A stretch of DNA of 64,000 nt, from the IMG/VR virus record IMGVR_UViG_3300045119_000205, positions 4,462 through 68,461 of that record; one strand, given 5' to 3'. Source of the stretch: a virus. The position numbers and the translations under genes were made by a program. This document shows positions 40,160 to 49,656 of this stretch, one piece after another (the first letter of the stretch is position 1; each line of letters starts with the position of its first letter). The notes beneath the pieces are model-generated. The model searched no databases. It worked only from the letters and a program-made list of their open reading frames with translations, and was not told the origin of the DNA.

Positions 40160-41980
40160 ATGGTCAGCACATTCAGCACCAACAAGGGTATCGAATCTCC
40201 CGGCCATGGTGATCAGGTCGATAGCTGGGATTCACCGGTCAACAAGAACTGGGCGATCCTCGACAAGGCGCTGGGCGGCCAGACAACGCTGAACGTCACC
40301 GGCCTGTCGGGCAACATCACGCTCACCCTGGCGCAATACCAGTCGCCCTATATCGCCATCATCGGCACGCTGTCGGCCGACGTGACCTATGTCCTCCCGG
40401 CGGGCGTGGGCGGGCTGTGGGTGATCGCCAACACCAGCACCGGCACCTTCGTGCTGACCATCGCCAGCGGCGGCGGCGGCGCCAGCACAATCCTGCGCGC
40501 CAACGTGCGCACCCAGATCCTGTCGGACGGCGTCAGCGCGGTGACCTCCACCAACACGGGCGTTCCCTCCGGACCCAACGGATCGGTGCAATACAGCGTC
40601 AACGGGTTCTTCACCGGCAGTTCGGCCCTGACCACCAACGGCGCCGGGCTGACGGCCACCGGTCCCATCACCACCACAAGCTCGATCACGGCGGCAAGCA
40701 TCTCCACCACGGGCGCGGTATCGACCGGCGCACTGACGGCCAGCAGCCTGCATGTGACCGGCGGGTCGCAACTTGATAGCGGTGCTACCGTTGGCAACAC
40801 CGCAACAGGCGAAGTCGATCTGCTGTTCCGCACCAGCTATGGGATCGTTTACCCTTACGCGACATCGGGGGGCGTCTGGGGCGTTTACGATCCCCAGGTT
40901 CCGCGCTCGCGGTTCACCACCGATACAGCCGGGAACATGAGCGTTTCCGGAAATGTCAGTGCTGCCAATGTTTATGGCTCCACGACCACGCAGGGCGTGA
41001 ATATCATCGGGCTGACCAACTCGTTCTTCTCTTACAACAGCAATTCTTCGTATTACGCAACGTCATCGGGCGACTGGGACTATGTGTTCCATAGCTCCGA
41101 TGGCTGGCGCAGCCAGTACCAGAAATCGACCGGCTCGTTCCTGTGGGTGAACTACGCTGGCACCACCAACTTTTCCATCGATGGGGGCGGCAACACCAAC
41201 ACGCGCGGCGGCGCCAACATCACCGGCAACATCTACACGCCCAACACCCTGACGGCAGGCTATGTGCATAGCACCGGGAATATCGGTGTAGACGGTCAGA
41301 TGACTTCCAACACCGTATATACCAACTACATCCAAAGCTGGGGCGCCATTCATGCCAGCGGCGACATGCTGTGCAACTACTTCCATTGCACCGGCACCTC
41401 GCAGACTGACGGCGATCTCAACACCAGCGGCAGTGTCAACGTCAACGGCAACATCAATCTGAATGGCTCCATCGGTGTGAATGGCAACATGAGCACCAAT
41501 AACAGCCTGTGGGTCTACGGCACGCTTTTCCTGCCCAACGCGCAGGACGGCAAGCTGTATGGCGGTGGCGGCGGTCTGGTGATTGGCTGCGCGGGCTGGC
41601 CGTATGTCGTCACCAACGCGGGCTGGGCCTGGGATTACGGCGGGTGGCTGGTGAACTCGTCCAGGGAGAGCAAGCGGGATCTGGTGCCGATCTCGGGCGC
41701 GCTGGCGCTGACGCTGGCGATCACCGGCTACAGTTTCACCGACGTTATAAACCAAGATCGCCGGATGGGGGTGGTGGCCGAGGAGGTCGAGGCCGTGATG
41801 CCGCAGGTGGTGCGCCGGATCGACCTTGAAGACGGGCATGGCCCGCGCGTCGGCGTGGACTACGGGTCCATGGTTGGCGCGCTGTTCCCCCAGGTGACCA
41901 AGGAGTTGGTGGCGCTGATCACCGAGCAATCGAACCGGATCGCGGCGCTGGAAGCGCGGCTGCACGAGAAGGGGCTGTAA
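40160..41980 (+). CDS. tail fibre/spike with C-terminal S74 intramolecular chaperone
   Basis: SSRESKRDL...MGVVAEEVEAVMP...VDYG followed by a coiled coil. Confidence 0.75.
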   Translation: MVSTFSTNKGIESPGHGDQVDSWDSPVNKNWAILDKALGGQTTLNVTGLSGNITLTLAQYQSPYIAIIGTLSADVTYVLPAGVGGLWVIANTSTGTFVLTIASGGGGASTILRANVRTQILSDGVSAVTSTNTGVPSGPNGSVQYSVNGFFTGSSALTTNGAGLTATGPITTTSSITAASISTTGAVSTGALTASSLHVTGGSQLDSGATVGNTATGEVDLLFRTSYGIVYPYATSGGVWGVYDPQVPRSRFTTDTAGNMSVSGNVSAANVYGSTTTQGVNIIGLTNSFFSYNSNSSYYATSSGDWDYVFHSSDGWRSQYQKSTGSFLWVNYAGTTNFSIDGGGNTNTRGGANITGNIYTPNTLTAGYVHSTGNIGVDGQMTSNTVYTNYIQSWGAIHASGDMLCNYFHCTGTSQTDGDLNTSGSVNVNGNINLNGSIGVNGNMSTNNSLWVYGTLFLPNAQDGKLYGGGGGLVIGCAGWPYVVTNAGWAWDYGGWLVNSSRESKRDLVPISGALALTLAITGYSFTDVINQDRRMGVVAEEVEAVMPQVVRRIDLEDGHGPRVGVDYGSMVGALFPQVTKELVALITEQSNRIAALEARLHEKGL

Positions 41981-42009
41981 AGAAAATGGCGGGGGATGGT
42001 CCCCCGCCA
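41979..42009 (-). terminator. terminator at the convergence of the late and leftward blocks
   Basis: TGGCGGGGGA-TGG-TCCCCCGCCA hairpin followed by a T run on the minus strand. Confidence 0.7.
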
Positions 42010-42046
42010 AGTTGAGCATCATGGTGTCAAGCGAGCGCCACCCTAA

Positions 42047-42721
42047 TCAGCCAAAGTCATTATCGTCAACGGCCGCCATAGCTGGCGCAGGAGCCGCGTG
42101 AACCGGCGGGGGCGGAACACGGGTGCTGCCGGTCACCGGAGGCGCTGCGGGGCGCACTACGGGCGCCTGTGGCACCCATGCCTTGAACTCCGTAGGTACA
42201 TTGGCCCAGCCGACGATGTCGAAGGTCGGCGCGTAGTTAGTGGACGTGCCCTGGCGGTTTTGGGTTACCATCACGGTCGGCTCGCCCAGGACCACGACAG
42301 GCACTTTGCCGGGATGGTTCTGGCGCTCTTCCAGCCATTTGTTGTGCAGCACGTTCAGGCCGCTCACCAGCGCCTTGGCGTTGCCGGAAAGCTCACGCAG
42401 ATCGCCACCGCAATCCTTGTGCAGTTTCACCTTGATGCGGAAGCCACGGCGATGGTCGGGGCTGGGCTGTTCCGGAAACACCATGTTCTCGCTCCACGGT
42501 GCCCACGCCGCGTCAGGCGCCACGCCCGCCGCGAACTTAACGTATCCGACATCGATATGCTCCATGTCGAACACGGCCTTGAAGTGACGCGTGATCTCGG
42601 TCGGCACGTTGTTGCCGCTCTCGTCGCGGTCGATGCGCGACATGCGGCCAGAGCGGCTGTCGAACTTCACGATATCCATGAACTGCTCGTTGCTACGAGG
42701 TTCGTCTTTCCACAAAGCCAT
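42047..42721 (-). CDS. putative single-stranded DNA-binding protein
   Basis: Acidic-aromatic tail DDNDFG; adjacent to the exonuclease. Confidence 0.5.
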   Translation of the reverse strand: MALWKDEPRSNEQFMDIVKFDSRSGRMSRIDRDESGNNVPTEITRHFKAVFDMEHIDVGYVKFAAGVAPDAAWAPWSENMVFPEQPSPDHRRGFRIKVKLHKDCGGDLRELSGNAKALVSGLNVLHNKWLEERQNHPGKVPVVVLGEPTVMVTQNRQGTSTNYAPTFDIVGWANVPTEFKAWVPQAPVVRPAAPPVTGSTRVPPPPVHAAPAPAMAAVDDNDFG

Positions 42722-42788
42722 TTTCAGTCTCCATCACTGCGGCTATCTGGCCAGCCGCTTGCCTGCCCGCCAACGCGGGATGCCGTCA

Positions 42789-43538
42789 CTAGAGTCCCCA
42801 CACCTCGAAAGCCATCTGCCTCGTGGCGGGTTCATTGAAATAGAAGCTGTCCACGTCTGGCACCAGCAGGGCCGCCAGTTCGTGGGGATCTTGGGAAACC
42901 CCCAGGAAACGCTCGATGGTGCGGGCGATGTTCACCAGCGCGTCGAGGTGTTCCTGGGGATTTTCCAGGCGGTACGTCGCCGCCTTCTTGGGGGTGACGT
43001 AGGTCAGCCTTGGGTCCAGTTCGCCCTTCAGCCCGGCCCAGTAGAGCGCCACCTGCCGCGCGTGGGGGTTTTTCACCTTGTTGGGCATGGCGTGAGTGGT
43101 TTTGATGTCGGTCAGCACCCGGTGATCGAACCAAGCGGCGTCGTAATAGCCGATTACCGGCACCGACAATCCGTCGAAGCTCAATGAGATCAGGCCCTGC
43201 GTGCTGCCCGGCTTACCGTAGGGGGCAAGCTCGATCAGCCCCTGGCGCACCATGTCGGAGATGCCATCGCGCTCGCGGTCCAGCCTGGGATCGCTTGACA
43301 GGGCGGTCTTGCCAGCGAAGTGCTGGAGCGCCTCCCTGCTGGCCGCCTTGGGGTCGCCAGGGTGCTCCAGGCCGTAGAGGATACCCGCCTCGACCGCGCT
43401 GCCACGGTGCGCGGCAGCACCCACAGGGCCGGTCTTCTTGAGCACCTTCTCCATCAGCCACAGCGCCGGGGCGGCGGCAAACAGGTTGCACGACGATGGG
43501 CTGAGATGTTCCAGGCCGTAATGGTCGAACACGCTCAT
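42789..43538 (-). CDS. PD-(D/E)XK exonuclease (RecB/Cas4-like)
   Basis: HLSPSS, RGSAVE, IGYYD...DIKTT, RQVALY. Confidence 0.8.
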   Translation of the reverse strand: MSVFDHYGLEHLSPSSCNLFAAAPALWLMEKVLKKTGPVGAAAHRGSAVEAGILYGLEHPGDPKAASREALQHFAGKTALSSDPRLDRERDGISDMVRQGLIELAPYGKPGSTQGLISLSFDGLSVPVIGYYDAAWFDHRVLTDIKTTHAMPNKVKNPHARQVALYWAGLKGELDPRLTYVTPKKAATYRLENPQEHLDALVNIARTIERFLGVSQDPHELAALLVPDVDSFYFNEPATRQMAFEVWGL

Positions 43539-43834
43539 CGGCTGGCCATGTCGAGCAGGGTCGGGCCGGTCGGCCGGTAGTTGCCGCGCATGGCGCGCGA
43601 GATCGCGGTGACGCAGGAATCGGCACCGACCTGACCGACGCCGGGCAGCAGCAGAACCTCGCTCCACGGCAATTGTGCGATGTCGCCAAGCGTCAGATCG
43701 TCTCCGTAATACTCACGAAGAATGCGCTTCATCGCGGGTTTTATGTTAACATCGTCAACCAAAACTGACGCCCATGGCGGGGCGGCAACCGATTGATTGC
43801 GGCGGGTAGTCGGCTTGGCTTTGTTAACTTTCAT
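43535..43834 (-). CDS. RNA polymerase alpha-CTD-like HhH protein
   Basis: DDVNI...TLGDIAQLPWSEVLLLPGVGQVG matches the alpha-CTD pattern. Confidence 0.55.
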   Translation of the reverse strand: MKVNKAKPTTRRNQSVAAPPWASVLVDDVNIKPAMKRILREYYGDDLTLGDIAQLPWSEVLLLPGVGQVGADSCVTAISRAMRGNYRPTGPTLLDMASR

Positions 43835-43852
43835 GTCGGAAAATATGCACAA

Positions 43853-44032
43853 ATGTTTTCAGAACGCAAGTGTGATTGCGGGCAGGTTGCGATGGCGTTT
43901 TCCCCTGGTCGCGCGCCCTTGACCGGGCCGGGCGGGATCGTGCTCGACAAGGGCGAAGCGCCACGAGCATTCTGCCTGCGGTGCGCCGCGAGGCGGGGAT
44001 GGCTGCGCTGCGACACCGAAAGCGCCACCTAG
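43853..44032 (+). CDS. small Cys-motif hypothetical protein
   Basis: CDCG...CLRC. Confidence 0.35.
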   Translation: MFSERKCDCGQVAMAFSPGRAPLTGPGGIVLDKGEAPRAFCLRCAARRGWLRCDTESAT

Positions 44033-44102
44033 CGATACCAGCCGCTAGGCTCCGCGTGGGGCAGGGGGTAACCTCTGCCCCATGTGATTCACGGGGCAGA
44101 CC

Positions 44103-44606
44103 ATGGAGCAGCCTGAGCACCGGTTGCAGATCGCCTGTGCCACCCATCTGAGGCACATCCTGTCGCCCAACATTTTCTGGACCGCGCGCGACCTCGCCAC
44201 GTCCAGGGCGAGCGAGGGCGAGAAGAAGAAGGCGATGGGGTGCAAGCCGGGCCTGAGCGACATCGAGATCTGGATGGTCGGCCCGAGGCGCCGCCTGCAC
44301 CTTGAACTGAAGGTGGCCAAGAGCCGGGTGTCGGCGCTGGGCAAACTGAGCGACACGCAGCGCGCCATGATCCCGGTGATCGAGGCCTATGGCGAGGCGT
44401 TCGACGTGGTGTGGAGCGTGGCCAGCCTGGAGGAGGCGCTGACGCGTCATGGGGTGCCGTGGCGGCAGCAGGCGATGTTTCCCACCGCCGAGCAGCGCGA
44501 CATCTCGCTGGCCACCACACCGGGCCGGAAATGGCGCACGTTCAAGCGCCCGTCGGCGGCCAAGATCCGCAAGGTAAGGGCGATACGGCAGCACACCATG
44601 TTTTAG
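44103..44606 (+). CDS. VRR-NUC-like nuclease
   Basis: EHRLQ, KAMGCKPGLSD, LELKV, LSDTQ. Confidence 0.7.
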   Translation: MEQPEHRLQIACATHLRHILSPNIFWTARDLATSRASEGEKKKAMGCKPGLSDIEIWMVGPRRRLHLELKVAKSRVSALGKLSDTQRAMIPVIEAYGEAFDVVWSVASLEEALTRHGVPWRQQAMFPTAEQRDISLATTPGRKWRTFKRPSAAKIRKVRAIRQHTMF

Positions 44607-44926
44607 GTGCGCCGGTACTTGTGCGTCTTGCGGCCGTGCGACTTGACGCCGGTCATGCTCACGATTGTCGGCAGCCGCATCAGCAGGCCGCGTGTCACCG
44701 CGCCATTCCAGCAGGCGCCCCAGGCGTTGTGGTGGGTTGGGCGCGCTCCGGTCCAATCCTTGCGGATATCCTCGCACTGCCCTTCCCAGCCTTTCGGCAA
44801 GGCCCTGATGGCGTGGAAAAAATCGTACTTGAACTCAGGGTTGTTGCCCGAAACGAGCGCGATACCCTTGTCGCGTTCCGCGCGGCTTTGTTCTAGGTCG
44901 AACTTGCCCTGGTCGTCGTCCATCAC
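44603..44926 (-). CDS. hypothetical protein
   Basis: HHNAWGA...SHGR; coupled to neighbours. Confidence 0.6.
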   Translation of the reverse strand: MMDDDQGKFDLEQSRAERDKGIALVSGNNPEFKYDFFHAIRALPKGWEGQCEDIRKDWTGARPTHHNAWGACWNGAVTRGLLMRLPTIVSMTGVKSHGRKTHKYRRT

Positions 44927-45141
44927 ACGTGGTCCTTTCTATTGGCGGCTTCGTAAAGCGTGAGTGCGGCGGTGGCGATGGCCCGCGCCTCTTCAAAGGT
45001 CGGGCAGTCACCCTCGATGTACCTGAACGCCCCCACCATGAGATCCTCAAGGCTGGTGAGCTTGGTACGCTTGCGGTCGCGGTAGTTCTTCTGCCGCTGC
45101 GCCGAGGTCATTGCCGTCGCGCCCTTCCTGCGCCCCACCAT
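44923..45141 (-). CDS. hypothetical basic protein
   Basis: MTSAQRQKNYRDRKR motif. Confidence 0.6.
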   Translation of the reverse strand: MVGRRKGATAMTSAQRQKNYRDRKRTKLTSLEDLMVGAFRYIEGDCPTFEEARAIATAALTLYEAANRKDHV

Positions 45142-45383
45142 CAGCGTCGGTCGCCGTCACGCTGGGCGCGCAAGACCGTCCAGATCAGGATGGCGTCCAG
45201 CACGTTGTTGCCGCGCAGTGTGGGGATGGTGGCCAGGAAGCCTGCGATATCACCCGTGACCGATCCATCGGCCTGGAGCGAGACGGTGATGCCCTGGAGC
45301 GTGACGTGCAGGGGGAACATCAGCGGTTCTCCATTACCGGCGGGCAAGCCGTCCTGGGTGATCGTGTTGTCGGTATTGCTCAT
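45141..45383 (-). CDS. hypothetical protein
   Basis: Coupled ORF in the leftward operon. Confidence 0.55.
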   Translation of the reverse strand: MSNTDNTITQDGLPAGNGEPLMFPLHVTLQGITVSLQADGSVTGDIAGFLATIPTLRGNNVLDAILIWTVLRAQRDGDRR

Positions 45384-45601
45384 GACGGGTCGTTCTCTCC
45401 ATTAAGCAGCAACCGGGAAACATGCAGGTAGCTCAGGACGTGCAGCGGCGGCACGCGGCTGCCATCGATCCAGCGGCGCACCGTGCGGGGGTTGCAGTGT
45501 ACCAGGGCGGCCAATTGCCCGGTCGTCCACCCCAGCGCCGCCAGCGCCTCGCGAACCTCGCAAGCGCTGGCGATCTGCGGATCTGGCGGGGTATTGGTCA
45601 C
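45380..45601 (-). CDS. XRE-like HTH protein
   Basis: LGWTTGQLAALVHCNPRTVRRWIDG. Confidence 0.75.
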   Translation of the reverse strand: MTNTPPDPQIASACEVREALAALGWTTGQLAALVHCNPRTVRRWIDGSRVPPLHVLSYLHVSRLLLNGENDPS

Positions 45602-45777
45602 GGCGCCTCCCTGATTTCGCGCAGGTGCCAGATGCGCTGCGCGGTTTCGATTGCGGTTTCCTCCGGGTCATAGACGTGGACGAACTCGCCCAGTGTGGCG
45701 GGGGCATAGCCCAGGTCCACCAGCACCTTGTTGCAGGCACGCCATGCGCGCTGCCGGGTGACTTCTAGAAGTGCCAT
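45598..45777 (-). CDS. hypothetical protein
   Basis: MALLEVTRQRAWRAC..., 59 aa, coupled at both ends. Confidence 0.5.
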   Translation of the reverse strand: MALLEVTRQRAWRACNKVLVDLGYAPATLGEFVHVYDPEETAIETAQRIWHLREIREAP

Positions 45778-46055
45778 CAGATTATGGTCCCGTCCTTGAA
45801 CATGCCGCTGAACTCATACAGGGCGTGGCGGAACTCGTAGCGCGACTGCCCGTAACGGGGCAGCTTGGGTACCGGCATGCCCTTGGCCTTCAGTCCGGCC
45901 GCGAACAGGCGGCCGCGCTCGTAATTCCACGAGATGTGGGATGTCAGCTTCTCATCCATGGGCCGCCCGAGGGTGGCGTCGGCCACCCCCTGCTTGAACT
46001 CGGTGGAGCGCATGATGCCGAAATAGGTGACGCGGCGCGTCTTGATCTGGCTCAT
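45777..46055 (-). CDS. hypothetical protein
   Basis: WNYERGRLFA. Confidence 0.6.
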   Translation of the reverse strand: MSQIKTRRVTYFGIMRSTEFKQGVADATLGRPMDEKLTSHISWNYERGRLFAAGLKAKGMPVPKLPRYGQSRYEFRHALYEFSGMFKDGTII

Positions 46056-46315
46056 GGCTGCACACTCTCGGCCAGGGCCGTTAGCTCTTCCCCCACCTTA
46101 AAGAGCGCCAGCAGGCGCTCATTGTGCTCGTTGGAGGCGCGGATGAAGCCCGCGCTGGGGTCGGCCAGGGTCTGGTAATCGCGGCCATGCGGCGCGGCCT
46201 TGGCCAGGATCTCCATGGCGGCTTCGACGCCGCGCAGGGCGGCGAGGTACTGGTTGAACAAAGCGTCGCGGCTGGTGCCGTTCCAATTGACCAGGGGTAG
46301 CTGGATCTCACGCAT
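46052..46315 (-). CDS. hypothetical protein
   Basis: NWNGTS...APHGRDYQ. Confidence 0.6.
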   Translation of the reverse strand: MREIQLPLVNWNGTSRDALFNQYLAALRGVEAAMEILAKAAPHGRDYQTLADPSAGFIRASNEHNERLLALFKVGEELTALAESVQP

Positions 46316-46363
46316 ATCGGGTTTCCCTCGAAACGGGGCGGACACCATGCCCGCCCCTCGCCT

Positions 46364-46392
46364 CACATAACGTCACGCATGCTGGGTGTCAA
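46364..46392 (-). promoter_or_regulatory. sigma70-like promoter
   Basis: TTGACA-17-TATGTG on the minus strand. Confidence 0.55.
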
Positions 46393-47282
46393 TCGACATC
46401 CGGCAGATCCAGGGTGTGCGGCCATTCGAACGGCGGCAGTTTCCGGTTGCCCTTGATCCACACGTTCCAGGCCAGGGTGACGTAGGCCGCCTCTTTGAAG
46501 GCCCGGTCCTGAATGATCTTGGGACCGTTAATGCACATCCAGTTGCGCAATTTCAGGATCAGCGCGCCTTCCTGCATGCCGCCGCCGTGCGACAGGTGAT
46601 CCCAGAAATCCGGCAGTTTCTGGAGGTGTTTGGTGTGCTTCTCGATCCAGTAATAGGCCAGCACCCCGGCCGAGCGGGTGATCACCCGGTGATGGTAGAT
46701 GCGGTCGCCCGCCTTCAGGGCGGTGTCGATGTTCTCGTTGGCCATCGCCTTCACCTTGGCGATCACCAGCACCGAGGGGTGCGAGCGGGTGCGCAGTTCG
46801 GCGCGCAGCATGTGGCGGGCCAGCGAGGTGCGGGTGTTGGCGTGGTTATAGCCGTGGGTGCTCACGGAATCGGCGGGGGTCCTGATCTTGGGCACGTCGA
46901 TGACTTCGAACTCTTCCGGCTCGCAGCCAAACCAACAGGTCATCGCCACCGGGATACCGGCCTGGATGATGGCGAGAAGGCGGTGCTGGCCATTGATCAG
47001 CACCCCGTCATAGGAGAACCCGATGGCCTCAATTGACAGCCGCCATTTGCCGTCGGTGATGAGGTCGCGGTAGCGGTCTACAGTCAGGGACTGCACGGGA
47101 CGGTTATGGGTGTTCAGCCCGAGGATGAGCAGCGCCATTTCGGGGGTGATCACGGCGATGTCGGAGAACCGGTTGTCCACGCCGAGTTCCAGGCAGGCCT
47201 GGAGCCACGCGGGGTCGGCTATCTGGTAAACCGGCTTGATGCGGGGTGCGACGGCCCCTATGTTCGCGGTGTCTTTCGGCAT
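46389..47282 (-). CDS. ParB-like / DGQHR-type domain protein
   Basis: ITPEMA...NTHNRP...INGQHRLLAI; the frame extends upstream to 47363. Confidence 0.7.
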   Translation of the reverse strand: MPKDTANIGAVAPRIKPVYQIADPAWLQACLELGVDNRFSDIAVITPEMALLILGLNTHNRPVQSLTVDRYRDLITDGKWRLSIEAIGFSYDGVLINGQHRLLAIIQAGIPVAMTCWFGCEPEEFEVIDVPKIRTPADSVSTHGYNHANTRTSLARHMLRAELRTRSHPSVLVIAKVKAMANENIDTALKAGDRIYHHRVITRSAGVLAYYWIEKHTKHLQKLPDFWDHLSHGGGMQEGALILKLRNWMCINGPKIIQDRAFKEAAYVTLAWNVWIKGNRKLPPFEWPHTLDLPDVD

Positions 47283-47352
47283 CGGTTGGTCCTTGTGCTG
47301 GGGGAGACAGGCGCCCGGCGGTAGCGATGCCGCCGGGTGTTCCTTTTTGGGG

Positions 47353-47559
47353 TCATACATCACAGAGTTCCCGCTCTGGCGGTTCGACCAGGGCGCCCCG
47401 CAAGCGGGCGCGTATCCAGTCCTCTATCGGCTCAGGCACCCTGGCGGTGCCATCCAGCCAGCGCGCGACCCCCTGGCGCTTGTAGCCGCAGGCGCGGGCC
47501 AGGATGGCGGGGGTCCAGTGCAGCATGTCGATTGCGTTGCGCAGTTCCTTGGGGGTCAT
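47353..47559 (-). CDS. XRE-like HTH protein
   Basis: MTPKELR...LHWTPAILARACG...VARWLDG. Confidence 0.7.
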   Translation of the reverse strand: MTPKELRNAIDMLHWTPAILARACGYKRQGVARWLDGTARVPEPIEDWIRARLRGALVEPPERELCDV

Positions 47560-47763
47560 TCATTCGTTCTCCACTTCAAAGTAGATGCGGCCAGTGCCCT
47601 GGCAGCGTTGGCATGTCATCATGTCGCCCTCGCGATAAATACCGTGATCGTTCTCGCCGTAGGTATCGACCGGGCCGCAGATCCCGGCGGTGCCGTCACC
47701 GGCACAGTCGGGGCAGCGTAGGCGGAACCACGTCGTGCGGTAGCGCATCGCGTGGTAGATCAT
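47560..47763 (-). CDS. small zinc-finger protein
   Basis: CPDCAGDG...CQRCQGTG. Confidence 0.6.
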   Translation of the reverse strand: MIYHAMRYRTTWFRLRCPDCAGDGTAGICGPVDTYGENDHGIYREGDMMTCQRCQGTGRIYFEVENE

Positions 47764-47981
47764 GGCGTCTCCTCCACGGTGGGTGGCGGGGTCTTGCGGC
47801 AGAAGGCGCGGGCGGTGTTCAGCGAGAAGAAACCGTGCAGTGCCAGCAGGTATCCATCGCTGTTCCATACCGTTGCCTCATAGGCATATTTCTCGCTGAA
47901 CGAGTTCGGCCGTTTCTTAATGATCCAGCCGTTGACTAGGTATTCCGGCAGTTTCTTGGTGCGGTGTCTAATGCCCGCCAT
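47760..47981 (-). CDS. hypothetical early protein
   Basis: SD GAGGA, downstream of the leftward promoter. Confidence 0.6.
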   Translation of the reverse strand: MAGIRHRTKKLPEYLVNGWIIKKRPNSFSEKYAYEATVWNSDGYLLALHGFFSLNTARAFCRKTPPPTVEETP

Positions 47982-48011
47982 GCGGTGGTCCTCGTGTTGT
48001 TGCGGGAACAC

Positions 48012-48042
48012 AAGGTAGGGACCTGCGGACAAACCGTCAACT
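48012..48042 (-). promoter_or_regulatory. promoter/operator copy 1 (leftward)
   Basis: AGTTGAC-N5-GTCCGCA; TTGACG-17-TACCTT. Confidence 0.65.
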
Positions 48043-48079
48043 GCTTTGCAAAATTATTTTCAGATCCGCCCCGGCAGCC

Positions 48080-48110
48080 TGTTGACAGACTGTCAGCAGA
48101 CGCATATGTG
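48080..48110 (+). promoter_or_regulatory. promoter/operator copy 2
   Basis: TGTTGAC-N5-GTCAGCA; TTGACA-17-TATGTG. Confidence 0.75.
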
Positions 48111-48148
48111 GGGCGCGGGCAATCACGCCCAGCACAAGGACCGATCCC

Positions 48149-48391
48149 ATGACTTTCGCTGAGATGACCGCATTGCTTGCGGTTCACGGCGCCCGCGCGG
48201 TGCCGATGTTCCACCCCGACACGGCGGCCCCCGCCGGGTTCATGCTGCACGGCCCGCGCGGCAACAAGAAGTGCGTCTTCGTCACCGACGCGGGCTGGGT
48301 TGACGGCTTTAGCGTCAAGCTCTGGTGCGACGGCATAGCGTATGGCGACAAGCGCGCGGCCGAGAAGCGCGCCAAGCAGGTGCGGTCATGA
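48149..48391 (+). CDS. hypothetical early protein
   Basis: SD AAGGA. Confidence 0.6.
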   Translation: MTFAEMTALLAVHGARAVPMFHPDTAAPAGFMLHGPRGNKKCVFVTDAGWVDGFSVKLWCDGIAYGDKRAAEKRAKQVRS

Positions 48392-48585
48392 GGGTCACCA
48401 ACCTTGAAGACCGGTGGAACGCGCGCCGCAGGCCGGTCGCGCTCACCAATAATGACCGCAGGTTCGGCGCCGACCGGCTGCGCTACGAGGCGCACCTCGC
48501 TTACCTCAACGGCCGCGCCGCGCGTGCCAAGGAACTGAACCGCAAGGCCGATCTGCTCGACCGCGAAACCCGGAAGGGGAACTGA
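48388..48585 (+). CDS. hypothetical early protein
   Basis: ATGA-coupled. Confidence 0.55.
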   Translation: MRVTNLEDRWNARRRPVALTNNDRRFGADRLRYEAHLAYLNGRAARAKELNRKADLLDRETRKGN

Positions 48586-48587
48586 CC

Positions 48588-48839
48588 GTGAAGCTCACCA
48601 AGCTCGACATGGCGCGGGTGATCGTCACCGCGCTCTACAATCGCCCGGCGCTGGTGCCCGAGACGAACCCGGAAGCCATACGCCGCGCCCAGAAGGGCAC
48701 GGTCGCCAGCCTCGCCAAGCAGCACGCTCTGGCGCTCGCCGCCATCGCGTCGGCCCGGCCCTATGAACCCACACAGGCCGACATCGACGCCTACATCGCG
48801 CGTCTTGCCGCGCAAGACCTCGCAGAAGGGATTGAATAG
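48588..48839 (+). CDS. hypothetical early protein
   Basis: GTG start with SD. Confidence 0.6.
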   Translation: MKLTKLDMARVIVTALYNRPALVPETNPEAIRRAQKGTVASLAKQHALALAAIASARPYEPTQADIDAYIARLAAQDLAEGIE

Positions 48840-48841
48840 CC

Positions 48842-49099
48842 ATGAACGATCTCAACGCCCGCGAGGAGCTTCTCGCCGCTGCCGGGGGGCTGGCGTTCCA
48901 GCACGAGGATCTCAGCTTTGGCCTGAAGAATGCCGAGGACGGCATCAAGCTGTGGCGCGCCTGGACGAAAGACGAGAACCTGCCCGAGTTCTGCGATGAG
49001 GCCGACAGCGAGGACGAGGCGACCGAGTTCCTCGCCATCGTCAAGAAGGTGCTGGGCTACAACCCCTGGCAGCGCGCGCATTCGCCAGGGGTGAAGTGA
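48842..49099 (+). CDS. hypothetical acidic early protein
   Basis: ORF with SD. Confidence 0.6.
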   Translation: MNDLNAREELLAAAGGLAFQHEDLSFGLKNAEDGIKLWRAWTKDENLPEFCDEADSEDEATEFLAIVKKVLGYNPWQRAHSPGVK

Positions 49100-49356
49100 T
49101 GATCCGCGTCAAGGTGAAAGGCAGCACGGCGCAAGGGATACGCGATTACGACGTGGCTCTGGCCGAGAACGGGGCGCACATTGTGCGCACCGTCACCAAG
49201 CGCAAATCGCTGCAATACGGTTTCGCCTACGCCCCCGGCCACGAATACAGCTACCGCACCATCAAGCCGCACAGTGCCATCTGGCGCCGTGCGGTGCGGG
49301 CCGCGTGGCTGCTGATGATGGACGAGGGCAAGTTCTCTGTGGGGAATTGGCCATGA
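49096..49356 (+). CDS. hypothetical early protein
   Basis: Coupled ORF. Confidence 0.55.
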   Translation: MMIRVKVKGSTAQGIRDYDVALAENGAHIVRTVTKRKSLQYGFAYAPGHEYSYRTIKPHSAIWRRAVRAAWLLMMDEGKFSVGNWP

Positions 49357-49586
49357 GCCGCGCGCCTGTGCGTTTCAGGGCGAGGTACATTCGGGTGAAT
49401 CCCAGCCTGGGGAAGGCGTCCAGCGAAATGCATATCTACATCACCGGCTTGCCCGAGATCGCCACGGCCGACGCAGAGATCAGGCGTGGCGGGAATATCG
49501 CGCGGCTGATCGAAGCGACCCTGAACTGCGCGTTCGTCGCGTTCGCCAAGCCGAGAAAAGTGGAAAAATCCTCAACTTCCTGTTGA
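49353..49586 (+). CDS. hypothetical early protein
   Basis: ATGA-coupled. Confidence 0.5.
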   Translation: MSRAPVRFRARYIRVNPSLGKASSEMHIYITGLPEIATADAEIRRGGNIARLIEATLNCAFVAFAKPRKVEKSSTSC

Positions 49587-49611
49587 CGGGTGGTCAGCAA
49601 GACCTTACTTA
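49581..49611 (+). promoter_or_regulatory. promoter/operator copy 3
   Basis: TGTTGAC-N5-GTCAGCA; TTGACG-17-TACTTA. Confidence 0.75.
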
Positions 49612-49656
49612 GGGGGCAGGGCAATCGCGCCCACCCCTGAGATAAGGATCGACCCC

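Noticed and set aside
42789-43538. Cas4 as evidence of a CRISPR system
   Set aside because: A stand-alone PD-(D/E)XK exonuclease beside an SSB-like gene is typical of phage recombination modules.
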